A stretch of DNA of 35,579 bases from an uncultured Eubacteriales bacterium (GTDB taxonomy: Bacteria; Bacillota; Clostridia; Lachnospirales; Lachnospiraceae), in the NCBI GenBank assembly GCA_900321505.1, contig ONWK01000306.1, positions 1 through 35,579 of the forward strand. Direction: 5' to 3'. Below are positions 9,059 through 18,455 of the stretch, one piece after another. The notes below the pieces were generated by a model. The model was given only the letters and a program-made list of their open reading frames with translations, did not search any database and was not told where the DNA came from. Made by a program: the position numbers and the translations under genes. Positions within the stretch are counted from its first letter, which is position 1. Each line of letters opens with the position of its first letter.

Positions 9059-10120
9059 ATGCATGGTGGAGACAGGTACAGGAACTGTGTGACGGTGGAT
9101 CTTTCGGTGAATCTCAATCCTCTCGGTGTACCGGAATGCCTGAAGGAGGGCATGACCAGAGGGATCAGTGAGGCGGGCTTCTATCCCGATCCATTTCAGC
9201 AAAGGGCAAGAGAAGCCGCAGCAGGACTGTATGGCAGATATACGGATATCGATCCGGAATGGATAATCCCGGGAAACGGTGCGTCAGAGCTTATTACTGC
9301 GGTCTTCCACGGACTCAGACCGAGAAGCATACTCATACCGGCGCCCTGCTTTACCGGATATCTGAGAGCGGAGAAATACGGATGCCGCATTGACCTTTTT
9401 CCGCTTCGGGAAGAAAATTGCTTTATCCCGGAGGGAGGGATCGGGCTTGCGGTAAAGCCGGATACGGATCTTATAATACTGACTAATCCCGTTAATCCGT
9501 CGGGGGTCATGTATGACACTTCATTACTGAAGGATCTGCTGATCCTTGCAGGAGAAAGAAGGATACCGGTGCTTCTGGATGAGTGCTTTATATCCTTTAC
9601 CGGAAGAGATGCGGAAAGCGGACTTCATCTTCTTAAGGAGTATCCGCAGCTGATGGTGCTCAGGGCATTTACCAAGATCTTTTCGCTTCCCGGACTTCGG
9701 CTGGGACTGCTTTTCACAACGGATGCAGCACTCAGGGAGAAGCTGAGGGCGGCTCTTCCGGAATGGAATCTGTCGGCTTTTTCAGAGCAGGCTCTGATCA
9801 CGGCGGAAGAACACCGGGAGGAGATTTATTCATTTATTGAAAAAACGGCGGCTGCGACTGCCGGGCTGAGGGAAAGCTTCGCAAAGAGACTGCAGGCTGC
9901 AGGTATCAGAGTATATCCCTCGGCGGCGAATTTCATTCTTACCGGAGGAATGAAAAAAAGCAGGGAATATCTGCTGAAAAACGGTATACTTACCAGAAGC
10001 TGCGGTGATATGCCGCCGCTTACTGATGACTATATAAGACTGGCGGTACGTCCCGAGGCTGAGCAGAAGCTGCTGCTGGAATTACTTGCCATGAGCAGGG
10101 ACCGTATCTCGGGAGTATGA
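9059..10120 (+). CDS. cobD: L-threonine-O-3-phosphate decarboxylase (PLP class I/II fold)
   Basis: MHGGD, DLSVNLNPLG, GNGASELI, NPVNPSG, DECF and AFTK..SLPGLRLG; cobalamin context. Confidence 0.85.
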   Translation: MHGGDRYRNCVTVDLSVNLNPLGVPECLKEGMTRGISEAGFYPDPFQQRAREAAAGLYGRYTDIDPEWIIPGNGASELITAVFHGLRPRSILIPAPCFTGYLRAEKYGCRIDLFPLREENCFIPEGGIGLAVKPDTDLIILTNPVNPSGVMYDTSLLKDLLILAGERRIPVLLDECFISFTGRDAESGLHLLKEYPQLMVLRAFTKIFSLPGLRLGLLFTTDAALREKLRAALPEWNLSAFSEQALITAEEHREEIYSFIEKTAAATAGLRESFAKRLQAAGIRVYPSAANFILTGGMKKSREYLLKNGILTRSCGDMPPLTDDYIRLAVRPEAEQKLLLELLAMSRDRISGV

Positions 10121-10146
10121 CCGGTAAAAGAAGGGAAGGCGGAAAA

Positions 10147-10779
10147 ATGAGCTTTACGAGGCCTGAGGATATCGAGGCGGAAAGCTTCAGGATAATAGCT
10201 GAAGAAATGAAAGAAAAGGGCATCAGTATCCCCGGCGATGAAGCTCCGGTAACCATGCGGGTCATACATACCACGGCTGATTTTGATTATTCCGCTACGC
10301 TGGCCTTCTCAAAGGGTGCAGCCGAAAAGCTGTCCCGGCTGCTGAAGCAGGGGACCAGGATCGTCACTGATACAAATATGGCCAAAAGCGGGATAAATAA
10401 AGGGCTTTTATCAGGATACGGCGGAGAGGTCCTGTGCTTTATGGCAGAGAAGAATGTGGCATCCGAAGCGGCGGAGAGAGGCATCACCAGAGCCATGGTG
10501 AGTATGGAACGTGCGGCCTCCCTTACCGGAGATACCGTCTACGTTATAGGAAATGCTCCGACGGCCCTTATGCTGCTTAAGGAAAAGATAGAAGAGGACG
10601 GATACCGTCCTGCCTTTATCGTAGGAGTTCCCGTGGGCTTTGTGAATGTGGTGAAGTCCAAGGAGGAGATCCGCAAAACGGCTGAGACATACGGGATCCC
10701 GTATATAATCAATATGGGACGTAAGGGCGGAAGTAATGTGGCGGCTGCGATAATCAATGCCGCGCTGAAAATGCTTTGA
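10147..10779 (+). CDS. cbiC: Cobalt-precorrin-8 methylmutase
   Basis: PEDIEAESF, RVIHTTADF, GNAPTAL, GVPVGFV and GRKGGS. Alternative start at 10117. Confidence 0.95.
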   Translation: MSFTRPEDIEAESFRIIAEEMKEKGISIPGDEAPVTMRVIHTTADFDYSATLAFSKGAAEKLSRLLKQGTRIVTDTNMAKSGINKGLLSGYGGEVLCFMAEKNVASEAAERGITRAMVSMERAASLTGDTVYVIGNAPTALMLLKEKIEEDGYRPAFIVGVPVGFVNVVKSKEEIRKTAETYGIPYIINMGRKGGSNVAAAIINAALKML

Positions 10780-11921
10780 TAATAAGAGGTGATGATTTGC
10801 TGCGCAAGGGTTTTACCTCGGGGAGCTGTGCAGCGGCTGCTGCCGCAGCGGCGAGCCGCATGCTTTTTTCGGGAGTCAGGATCAACAGCATCATGATCGA
10901 TACGCCGGCAGGCATACCATTTAATGCAGAGCTGCTGGATATCAGGATGGATAGTGACAGGGTATCCTGCGGCGTAAGGAAGGACGGAGGCGATGATCCC
11001 GATGTTACTACCGGGCTTATTATTTTCGCTTCTGTTGAAAGAGCAGGCTGTGAAGAGTCTGCGCAGGGCAGACGCAGTGTAGAAATAAAGGCAGGCCCCG
11101 GGATCGGAACAGTAACGGCCCCGGGACTGGATCAGCCTGTGGGGAGTCCTGCCATAAACAGGGTTCCCAGAAAAATGATCATTGACGAAGTTCGGAAGGC
11201 CATGGAGCTTTTTGATGAGGAAGGCTCTGTCATAGTTACCATTTCCGTACCGGGGGGAGAAAAGACTGCAGAGAAGACCTTTAACGGCAGGCTGGGCATA
11301 GAAGGCGGTATTTCCATCCTTGGGACTACGGGAATAGTCGAACCCATGAGTGAGGAAGCCCTCCTTGCCACCATCCGTCTGGAGCTGGGACAGAGAAGGC
11401 TGGCGGGACAGGAGACCATAGTAGTGACTCCCGGCAACTACGGAATGGATATGCTGAAGAAGGCCTTCGGATATGATCTTGAAAGGGCGGTACGCTGCAG
11501 CAATTTCATCGGTGACACCATAGATATGGCGGCGGAAACCGGTTTCAGGAGAATGGTGCTGCTTGGTCATATTGGAAAGCTTGTAAAATGTTCCGGCGGC
11601 GCAATGAATACCCATTCCCGTTACGGCGACGGCAGGATGGAGATACTTGCGGCGGAGGCATACAGACAGGGAGCGGATATGCTGATGATAAGGAGGATAC
11701 TTTCATCGGTATCCACCGAGGCGGCGGTATCTGCACTGGATGAGGACGGACCGGTGATCCGCAGCAGGGTTTGCGGTGCGGTACTTGGCAGGGCGCTGGA
11801 ACATCTCAGGGAAAAAGCCGGTACACGGATGGAAATAGAGATGATCATGTATACGAATGAACACGGCATTCTTGCCGAAAGCAAGTGGGCTGAGGAATGG
11901 CTGCGGAGTACCATGAGTTAA
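10776..11921 (+). CDS. cbiD: Cobalt-precorrin-5B C1-methyltransferase
   Basis: RKGFTSGSCAAAA, KDGGDDPDVT, GGISILGTTG and GHIGKLVK. Start codon uncertain (TTG 10776 or TTG 10797). Confidence 0.95.
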   Translation: MIIRGDDLLRKGFTSGSCAAAAAAAASRMLFSGVRINSIMIDTPAGIPFNAELLDIRMDSDRVSCGVRKDGGDDPDVTTGLIIFASVERAGCEESAQGRRSVEIKAGPGIGTVTAPGLDQPVGSPAINRVPRKMIIDEVRKAMELFDEEGSVIVTISVPGGEKTAEKTFNGRLGIEGGISILGTTGIVEPMSEEALLATIRLELGQRRLAGQETIVVTPGNYGMDMLKKAFGYDLERAVRCSNFIGDTIDMAAETGFRRMVLLGHIGKLVKCSGGAMNTHSRYGDGRMEILAAEAYRQGADMLMIRRILSSVSTEAAVSALDEDGPVIRSRVCGAVLGRALEHLREKAGTRMEIEMIMYTNEHGILAESKWAEEWLRSTMS

Positions 11922-11964
11922 GGTTTTCGAAGCAGTGATTCCCAGTTTATCCGGGAGGGTAGAT

Positions 11965-12723
11965 ATGGTACATTTCGTCGGGGCCGGCCCCGGTGCGCCG
12001 GATCTTATAACGGTGCGGGGAAGCAGGCTTCTGGAGAAGGCAGATGTTGTGATATATGCGGGAAGTCTGGTGAATCCGGAGCTTCTTGAATTATGTTCAG
12101 GGGGGACGGAGTTCCATGACAGCAAGGAGCTGGATCTTCCAGAGATCATAGAGCTGATGGCGGAAGCGGATGCCGCCGGGAAGGACGTGGTACGTCTTCA
12201 CAGCGGAGAGCCCAGTCTGTACGGCGCAGTCCGGGAGCAGATGGATGAGCTGGATAAGAAGGGCATCAGCTATGACAGCTGTCCGGGTGTTACGGCGGCC
12301 TTCGGTGCAGCAGCGCAGCTGAATATGGAATATACGCTGCCGGGAGTATCACAGTCCCTTATCATTACAAGGATGAAGGGAAGGACTTCGGTCCCGGAAT
12401 ATGAATCCATAGAAAGCCTTGCAGCCCATCAGTGTTCCATGGCCATTTATCTTTCCGCCGGGATGCTTCCGGAGCTTGCAAGGAAGCTTATTATCGGCGG
12501 GAGATCCGGGGACACCCCTGTCGCCATTATTTATAAGGCCACCTGGCCTGATGAAAAAAGAGTACACACAACCATTTCACGTATGGCCGAAGAGGCCGCG
12601 AAGGAAGGAATAGACCGCACTGCCGTAGTCCTGGTGGGGGATGCGGTCATCGGAAGCGGTTACAGCTATTCAAAGCTGTATGATCCTACGTTTGAAACGG
12701 AATTCCGGAAACCGGAGGTTTGA
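11965..12723 (+). CDS. cbiF: Cobalt-precorrin-4 C11-methyltransferase
   Basis: MVHFVGAGPGAPDLIT, YAGSLV, RLHSGEP and SKLYDP; GGGAGG RBS precedes ATG 11965. Confidence 0.95.
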   Translation: MVHFVGAGPGAPDLITVRGSRLLEKADVVIYAGSLVNPELLELCSGGTEFHDSKELDLPEIIELMAEADAAGKDVVRLHSGEPSLYGAVREQMDELDKKGISYDSCPGVTAAFGAAAQLNMEYTLPGVSQSLIITRMKGRTSVPEYESIESLAAHQCSMAIYLSAGMLPELARKLIIGGRSGDTPVAIIYKATWPDEKRVHTTISRMAEEAAKEGIDRTAVVLVGDAVIGSGYSYSKLYDPTFETEFRKPEV

Positions 12724-12725
12724 GC

Positions 12726-13817
12726 ATGGAGAGACAACTTCGAATCATATGTTTTACAAGACAGGGCTGCAGGATCGCCAAGAAGATCGCTGCGCGGATT
12801 CCTGCCGAAATGTATTATAAATTTCAGCCCCTGCCGGATGAAAGCGAGGCTATGGTATCCGGAATGCATGAGGTAAAGGAACCGCTTAATGACTGGGCGG
12901 CACAGGCCTTCAGGGACGAAGCGGCGCTGCTTTTCATCGGCGCAACTGGGATAGCGGTACGTGCCATAGCGGAAGCCATAAAGGATAAGCTCACCGATAT
13001 ACCGGTGCTTGTGGTGGATATGGAGGGAAGATTCGTTGTACCGATCCTTTCGGGACATTACGGCGGCGCAAATGAGCTGGCGCAGCGTATATCTTCCGTC
13101 ACCGGAGCGGTACCGGTCATTACTACAGGAACAGACATAACAGGAGGCTTTGCCGCAGATGTTTTTGCGGGGAAGAATGACATGAAGATCCTGAATCCGG
13201 CTGCGCTGCCGCGCATTTCGGGAAAAGCAGTTGCGGGAAGAAGGCTTTCCATAAGCTCTGAGCTCCCCATGCGGATCATGTTTGAAGGAAAGAGACCCGT
13301 AACAGTGGATTATAATGAGACAGCGCATCCCGAGGGCACATTTGATACAGATATATGCATTACGGGAAGAGCTTTTGAATGCGATATAAGAGATGAAAGC
13401 GAAACACTGTATCTCATTCCCAGATTTCTGCATATCGGGATCGGATGCAGGAAGAATACGGATCCGGATAAGCTGGAGGAGTTTACCCTGAGATGCATAA
13501 AGCAGCTGGGATTTGCGTCATCAGCTGTGGCTTCGATCTCAAGTATCGATCTTAAGGAAAATGAAATGGCTGTTCTCCTTCTGGCTGAGAAGCTGGAACG
13601 TCCCTTTATGACCTATTCGGCTGAGGAACTGGAAGAGATCGAGGGGATATTCCCAGAGTCGGAATTTGTTCAGGAAACGGTGGGAGTGGGAAATGTTTCG
13701 GCCCGTGCCGCGGCAAGAAGCGCAGGAAAGGGATACCGCCTTATCAGGGAGACAGTTAAGGAAGACGGGATGACATTCGCTGCAGCGATACCGGGAATAC
13801 TGATGCTTAACTGGTAA
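12726..13817 (+). CDS. cbiG: Cobalt-precorrin-5A hydrolase
   Basis: GATGIAVRAIA, DKLTD.PV, LSGHYGGAN, GIGCRK and SEFV...VGVGNV; GGAGG RBS. Confidence 0.93.
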   Translation: MERQLRIICFTRQGCRIAKKIAARIPAEMYYKFQPLPDESEAMVSGMHEVKEPLNDWAAQAFRDEAALLFIGATGIAVRAIAEAIKDKLTDIPVLVVDMEGRFVVPILSGHYGGANELAQRISSVTGAVPVITTGTDITGGFAADVFAGKNDMKILNPAALPRISGKAVAGRRLSISSELPMRIMFEGKRPVTVDYNETAHPEGTFDTDICITGRAFECDIRDESETLYLIPRFLHIGIGCRKNTDPDKLEEFTLRCIKQLGFASSAVASISSIDLKENEMAVLLLAEKLERPFMTYSAEELEEIEGIFPESEFVQETVGVGNVSARAAARSAGKGYRLIRETVKEDGMTFAAAIPGILMLNW

Positions 13818-13892
13818 GAGGTATGTGAACAGCTGCAGGACAATCTAAGAAAGGAATGATCCGTAACAGGAAAACGGATCCGGTGAACGAGG

Positions 13893-14657
13893 ATGAATGT
13901 AACGGAATATGGCGTTGATAATGAGAAGACTTTGCTGCTCCTTCCCGGGGCTTTCGCAAATGTGGAACTTTGCTACGGAAATGTAATCCCTGCGCTTGCG
14001 GAAAAATATCATGTTATAGCAGTGGATTATGACGGATTTGACGGAAAGGGCGGAGAATTCACCAGCTTTATCCGGATGGCTAAGAAGATAGAATGGCTGA
14101 TACAGAGCAAATTTGAAGGCGAGCTTTATGCTGTTTACGGTTCAGCTATCGGAAGCGATGTGGCAGGGCTTCTGATACAGAGAAAGAATATCCTGATCGC
14201 TCACGCAATACTGGGAAGCCCGGATATGGAAACCTGTGGGGAGAAGTCCGCAAAGATGCGTACAAAGATGATGGGAACCGCCATAATACGTATGATGCAG
14301 TCAGGTCAGGTTCCGGACTGGATCAGGAGATCCATGAAGCACCAGATAGGAGAGGAACGTACGGAAAGATATCTGGGTATTCTGGAAAAAATGCCTGAGA
14401 TACTTTCTGATGTGTCCAGAATAAGCATGGAAAGACAGTTCTATTCGCATTTGACAACTCATCTGGAGATGAATATTGATGTGCCCGGAACCCGGGTACA
14501 TATCTTTTTCGCAACGAAGATGGGGGAAAAATACCAGGAGCGTTATGAGCAGCATTTCAACAACCCCGATATTATCCGTAAGGATTACGGAAGTGAGGAG
14601 CTTCTTTTCTTCTATCCTGAAGAGTGGGTTGAAACTGTAGAGGAATGCCTTGTTTAG
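13893..14657 (+). CDS. Alpha/beta-hydrolase-fold protein with degenerate catalytic motifs
   Basis: LLLLPG, YHVIAVDYDGFD and an elbow-position YGSAIGS. Confidence 0.7.
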   Translation: MNVTEYGVDNEKTLLLLPGAFANVELCYGNVIPALAEKYHVIAVDYDGFDGKGGEFTSFIRMAKKIEWLIQSKFEGELYAVYGSAIGSDVAGLLIQRKNILIAHAILGSPDMETCGEKSAKMRTKMMGTAIIRMMQSGQVPDWIRRSMKHQIGEERTERYLGILEKMPEILSDVSRISMERQFYSHLTTHLEMNIDVPGTRVHIFFATKMGEKYQERYEQHFNNPDIIRKDYGSEELLFFYPEEWVETVEECLV

Positions 14658-14673
14658 GTACAGAGGTGAACTC

Positions 14674-15417
14674 ATGAACCGGAAGCTGCTTTATGTGGTT
14701 GGGATAGGACCGGGAAAACCGGAGGGGATGACAAAAGAGGCAAAAGCTGCTCTTGATGATAGTGAACTGTTGGTCGGATATCCCTTATATCTGTCCCTGC
14801 TGGGCCCTGAATATGATAAAAAAGAAAAGAAGTCCACGGGTATGACTGCGGAAATGGAACGCTGCAGGATGGCGCTTTCCGAGGCGGATTCGGGGAGGAC
14901 TGTAGCTCTTATCTGCAGCGGTGATCCCGGTATATATGGGATGGCCGGACCGGTGCTCTCGCTGAGCGGGGCTTATCCTGAGGTTAAGATAAGGATCATA
15001 CCGGGAGTTACTGCAGCAACCGGAGGAGCGGCTCTTCTCGGGGCGCCGCTCATGCATGATTTTGCAGTGATCAGTCTGAGTGACAGGCTTACTCCCTGGG
15101 ATAAGATCGAAAAGAGGCTCAGGGCAGCGGCGGAGGCGGACCTTGTCATAGTGCTCTATAATCCCGAATCAAAGGGAAGATCAGGCTATCTTAAGAAGGC
15201 CTGCGGGATCCTGCTGGATATACTGCCGCCTGAAAGAGCGGCGGGTACGGCAGAGAGGGTCGGAAGAGAGGGCGAGACCTGCTGGACAGGTACGCTTGCC
15301 GGGCTTTCGGAGAGGCAGGCTGATATGTTTACAACGGTATATATAGGGAACAGTACAACAGAAATAAAGGAAGGCAGGATGATCACTGACAGAGGTTACA
15401 GACCCGATGAAGAATAA
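14674..15417 (+). CDS. cbiH: Cobalt-precorrin-3B C17-methyltransferase
   Basis: LYVVGIGPG, SGDPGIYGMAG, LGAPLMHDF..ISLSD.LTPW, LYNP and terminal RGY; GAGGTG RBS before ATG 14674. Confidence 0.95.
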   Translation: MNRKLLYVVGIGPGKPEGMTKEAKAALDDSELLVGYPLYLSLLGPEYDKKEKKSTGMTAEMERCRMALSEADSGRTVALICSGDPGIYGMAGPVLSLSGAYPEVKIRIIPGVTAATGGAALLGAPLMHDFAVISLSDRLTPWDKIEKRLRAAAEADLVIVLYNPESKGRSGYLKKACGILLDILPPERAAGTAERVGREGETCWTGTLAGLSERQADMFTTVYIGNSTTEIKEGRMITDRGYRPDEE

Positions 15418-16285
15418 ATTATCTGATCAGTCAAAGGGTATAATATGTGTCATTCTTGCAGCCTTCGGTTTTTCTCTCATGACCTTTTTTGTCCGGATCT
15501 CGGGGGATCTTCCCACCATGCAGAAGGCTTTCTTCCGAAATGCGGTGGCGCTGCTCATTGCAGGCTTTACTCTGCTCTCGAAGAAGGAGCCCATAAGGAT
15601 CAAAAAGGGCTGCGGAGGCGACATTTTCTTTCGCTGTCTCTTCGGAACCACGGGGATGATAGCGAATTTCTATGCGGTTGACCACCTGGGAATCGCAGAT
15701 GCAAATATGCTTAACAAGCTCTCGCCTTTTTTTGCCATACTTGTATCTATCCCTCTTTTAAAGGAGAAGCCCAGCAGGATGGACTGGATCGCACTGCTGG
15801 CGGCATTCCTGGGAGCCGTGCTTATCATCAGGCCGGGGGCAACACTTACGCTGGGCCCCGCACTGCTGGGATTATACGGAGGCTTTGGTGCGGGAACCGC
15901 TTATGCATTTGTACGAAGGCTGGGAAGAAAGCAGGAAAGGACACCCATAATCGTTTTCTGTTTTTCCGCCTTTTCATGTCTTCTTACAGGTCCCTTCCTT
16001 ATCTTCAATTATCATCATATGACAGGGCAGCAGTGGCTGTGCCTCGTCCTTGCCGGGGCTTCGGCGGCCCTGGGACAGTTCAGCATAACCACTGCATATA
16101 AGTATGCGCCTGCCAAGGATATATCGGTATTTGACTACACCCAGGTGATCTTTGCGGCTATCTGGGGCATGCTCTTTCTGGATGAGCTGCCGGTGCCTCT
16201 CAGTATCGCAGGTTATATTCTTATCATCGGAACGGCAGTGGTCCGGTGGCATTTCATGAGAAAACGGGAGACAGTTCATGTGTAA
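15407..16285 (+). CDS. DMT superfamily (EamA-like) transporter
   Basis: About 10 TM segments in two repeats, with FFRN, LSPFF..LKEK and FDYTQVIFA..LDE. Overlaps both neighbours. Confidence 0.88.
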   Translation: MKNKLSDQSKGIICVILAAFGFSLMTFFVRISGDLPTMQKAFFRNAVALLIAGFTLLSKKEPIRIKKGCGGDIFFRCLFGTTGMIANFYAVDHLGIADANMLNKLSPFFAILVSIPLLKEKPSRMDWIALLAAFLGAVLIIRPGATLTLGPALLGLYGGFGAGTAYAFVRRLGRKQERTPIIVFCFSAFSCLLTGPFLIFNYHHMTGQQWLCLVLAGASAALGQFSITTAYKYAPAKDISVFDYTQVIFAAIWGMLFLDELPVPLSIAGYILIIGTAVVRWHFMRKRETVHV

Positions 16286-18422
16286 GATCTTTCTTTTTGC
16301 GGGAACAAATGAAGGAAGGCGTCTGGCAAAGCGACTCGGGGCTGCCGACATTCCGACTGTTGTTTCGGTGGCGACGGAATATGGCGCAGTAGTACTGGCA
16401 GATGCGGGTATCGGTGAATCGGTCAGGATACGTCAGGGGAGGATGACACCGGAGGAAATGGAAGCGGAGATACGCAGGGCGGCTCCGCTTGTTGTTGTGG
16501 ACGCGACACATCCCTATGCGCTTGCGGCTTCCGAGAATATACGCAGGGCTGCCGAAGCCGCGGGAACGCCGTATATAAGGCTTAAGAGAAAGACCAAGGA
16601 CAGTCCTTCGCAGAAGGTTTTCATGTTCTCGGATATTGGTGAAATGATAAGCTCACTTCAGCGCACCGGCGGAAATATCCTGCTTACCACCGGCGTTAAT
16701 TCGCTTAAGGAATTTGCTTCGGCCGAAGGACTTAAGGACAGGCTGTTTGTCAGGGTGCTTCCCGGAGAGGAGAGTCTTAAGGCCTGCGAAGAGGCAGGGA
16801 TACACGGAAGGCAGATAATAGCCATGCAGGGGCCCTTCAGTCAGGAAATGAACAGGGCAACGATACATTCCTATGATATAAAGCATCTGGTAACAAAGCA
16901 GAGCGGCAGAAGCGGCGGCTTTGAAGAAAAGGTCTTTGCAGCACAGGAGACGGAGACCGCGCTTTATATCCTCGGAGCACCCGAGGAAGAGGGGATACCA
17001 TATGCAAAGGTGCTGGACCAGTTGGGAGAAATGCTTTCCACGGATCTCAGGGAGACGGTTACCGTCACTGTATCCCTGATAGGAGCGGGGCCGGGTGATG
17101 AAGCCTTTCTGACCGAAGAAGGACGGAAGGCCATAACCGAGGCTGATGTGCTTTTCGGTGCAAAACGTCTTGTGGAGCCCTATGAGGAGGGAAAAACCGT
17201 ATATCCCTATTACAAAGGTGAGGATATCATGCCCAGGCTTGAGCAGCTTTTCCGTGAGGCGAGAGAGAAGGATCCCCATGTCCGCGCGGCAGTACTGCTG
17301 TCGGGAGATTCGGGATTTTTCAGCGGATCTTCGGGGCTCATTTTCTATCTTACGAACTGGAGAAGACGGATGCTGCTTGCCGATACCGGAAGATTTGCGA
17401 TGCATATCCGGACTATCCCGGGGATATCTTCGATACAGCTGATGGCGGCGAGGCTGCAGGAACACTGGGAGAGCGGATATATAGACAGCCTTCACGGAGT
17501 GGAGGAGGAGGTCTGGGACAGAGTGCTCAGAAGGATACCGAAGGAAAAGCGCACCATGCTGCTGACCTCCGGACCCGGAGATGTAAAGCGTCTTCTGAAA
17601 TGGGTCCGCGGGCAGGGAAGCCATCGCGGACGCTACAGCTTCTATGCAGGATATAACCTGTCCGGTCAGAATGAGCAGATCTATAAAGAAGAGGGTGAAC
17701 ACCCGGGAATGGGTGCGGAGGATCTGAAGGCGCTGCCCTTCCCGGATATACTTCCGGAGGGCCTCTATACGGTTTTCATCCGTAACAGTGAGCCTGAGGA
17801 GGATATGGGAGAGTATCAGGATACTCTGGGACTTCCCAATGATGAGTTCATAAGGGAGGAAGGGATCCCGATCACCAAGGAAGAGGTGCGCACCATAGCA
17901 ATAAGCAAGCTCAGGATAAAGGAGCCGGCAATAGTCTATGATATCGGCAGCGGAAGCGGCAGCTTCGCGGTGGAATTGGGAAGGATACTGAAGGATTCCC
18001 GTATATTTGCCATAGAAAAAAGTAAACGGCGTATAGAACTTATAGAAAGAAATGTAAGGCAGCTTAAGGCGGCATCGGTATCCGTGGTCTGCGGAGAAGC
18101 ACCTGAGGTACTTGACCGTCTTGTTCCGCCAACCCATGCGGTGATCGGAGGCTCCGACGGAAGACTGCTTTCCATACTTCAGAAGCTATATAAGAAGTCG
18201 CCGGAATGCAGGGTTGTCATACTTGCGGCGACTCTTGAGACCAAGGCTGAGATCGCGTCTCTGCTGGCGGGACAGCTGCCCACCGAATATGATCTCGGGG
18301 ATGCGGAATATATAGAGCTGAATCTGTCCAGATCAAGACAGTTGGGTAAATACAGGGCGCTCCGGGCGGAGAATCCTGTGGCAGTATGCTCATTTACCTT
18401 CAGGAGAAAACCCGGAGCGTGA
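16278..18422 (+). CDS. cbiJ/cbiE/cbiT: Fusion of cobalt-precorrin-6A reductase (CbiJ) with C5/C15-methyltransferases (CbiE-CbiT)
   Basis: CbiJ: FAGTNEG, DATHPYA, AMQGPFS. CbiE: IGAGPG, LSGDSGFFS, PGISS. CbiT: PITKEEVR, DIGSGSGS. All in one 714-aa ORF. Confidence 0.9.
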   Translation: MCKIFLFAGTNEGRRLAKRLGAADIPTVVSVATEYGAVVLADAGIGESVRIRQGRMTPEEMEAEIRRAAPLVVVDATHPYALAASENIRRAAEAAGTPYIRLKRKTKDSPSQKVFMFSDIGEMISSLQRTGGNILLTTGVNSLKEFASAEGLKDRLFVRVLPGEESLKACEEAGIHGRQIIAMQGPFSQEMNRATIHSYDIKHLVTKQSGRSGGFEEKVFAAQETETALYILGAPEEEGIPYAKVLDQLGEMLSTDLRETVTVTVSLIGAGPGDEAFLTEEGRKAITEADVLFGAKRLVEPYEEGKTVYPYYKGEDIMPRLEQLFREAREKDPHVRAAVLLSGDSGFFSGSSGLIFYLTNWRRRMLLADTGRFAMHIRTIPGISSIQLMAARLQEHWESGYIDSLHGVEEEVWDRVLRRIPKEKRTMLLTSGPGDVKRLLKWVRGQGSHRGRYSFYAGYNLSGQNEQIYKEEGEHPGMGAEDLKALPFPDILPEGLYTVFIRNSEPEEDMGEYQDTLGLPNDEFIREEGIPITKEEVRTIAISKLRIKEPAIVYDIGSGSGSFAVELGRILKDSRIFAIEKSKRRIELIERNVRQLKAASVSVVCGEAPEVLDRLVPPTHAVIGGSDGRLLSILQKLYKKSPECRVVILAATLETKAEIASLLAGQLPTEYDLGDAEYIELNLSRSRQLGKYRALRAENPVAVCSFTFRRKPGA

Positions 18423-18439
18423 TCCGGGTCACCCTCCGG
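18412..18439. other. GC-rich hairpin across the cbiT stop
   Basis: CCGGAGCGTGAT-CCGG-GTCACCCTCCGG; no U-tract follows. Confidence 0.4.
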
Positions 18440-18455
18440 CAGGAGAGGTATCAGC

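Noticed and set aside
16653-18137. 494-aa minus-strand ORF and other long antisense ORFs such as 10539-11615 and 8414-9202
   Set aside because: They lie opposite well-supported genes and show no recognisable motifs; they look like shadow ORFs.
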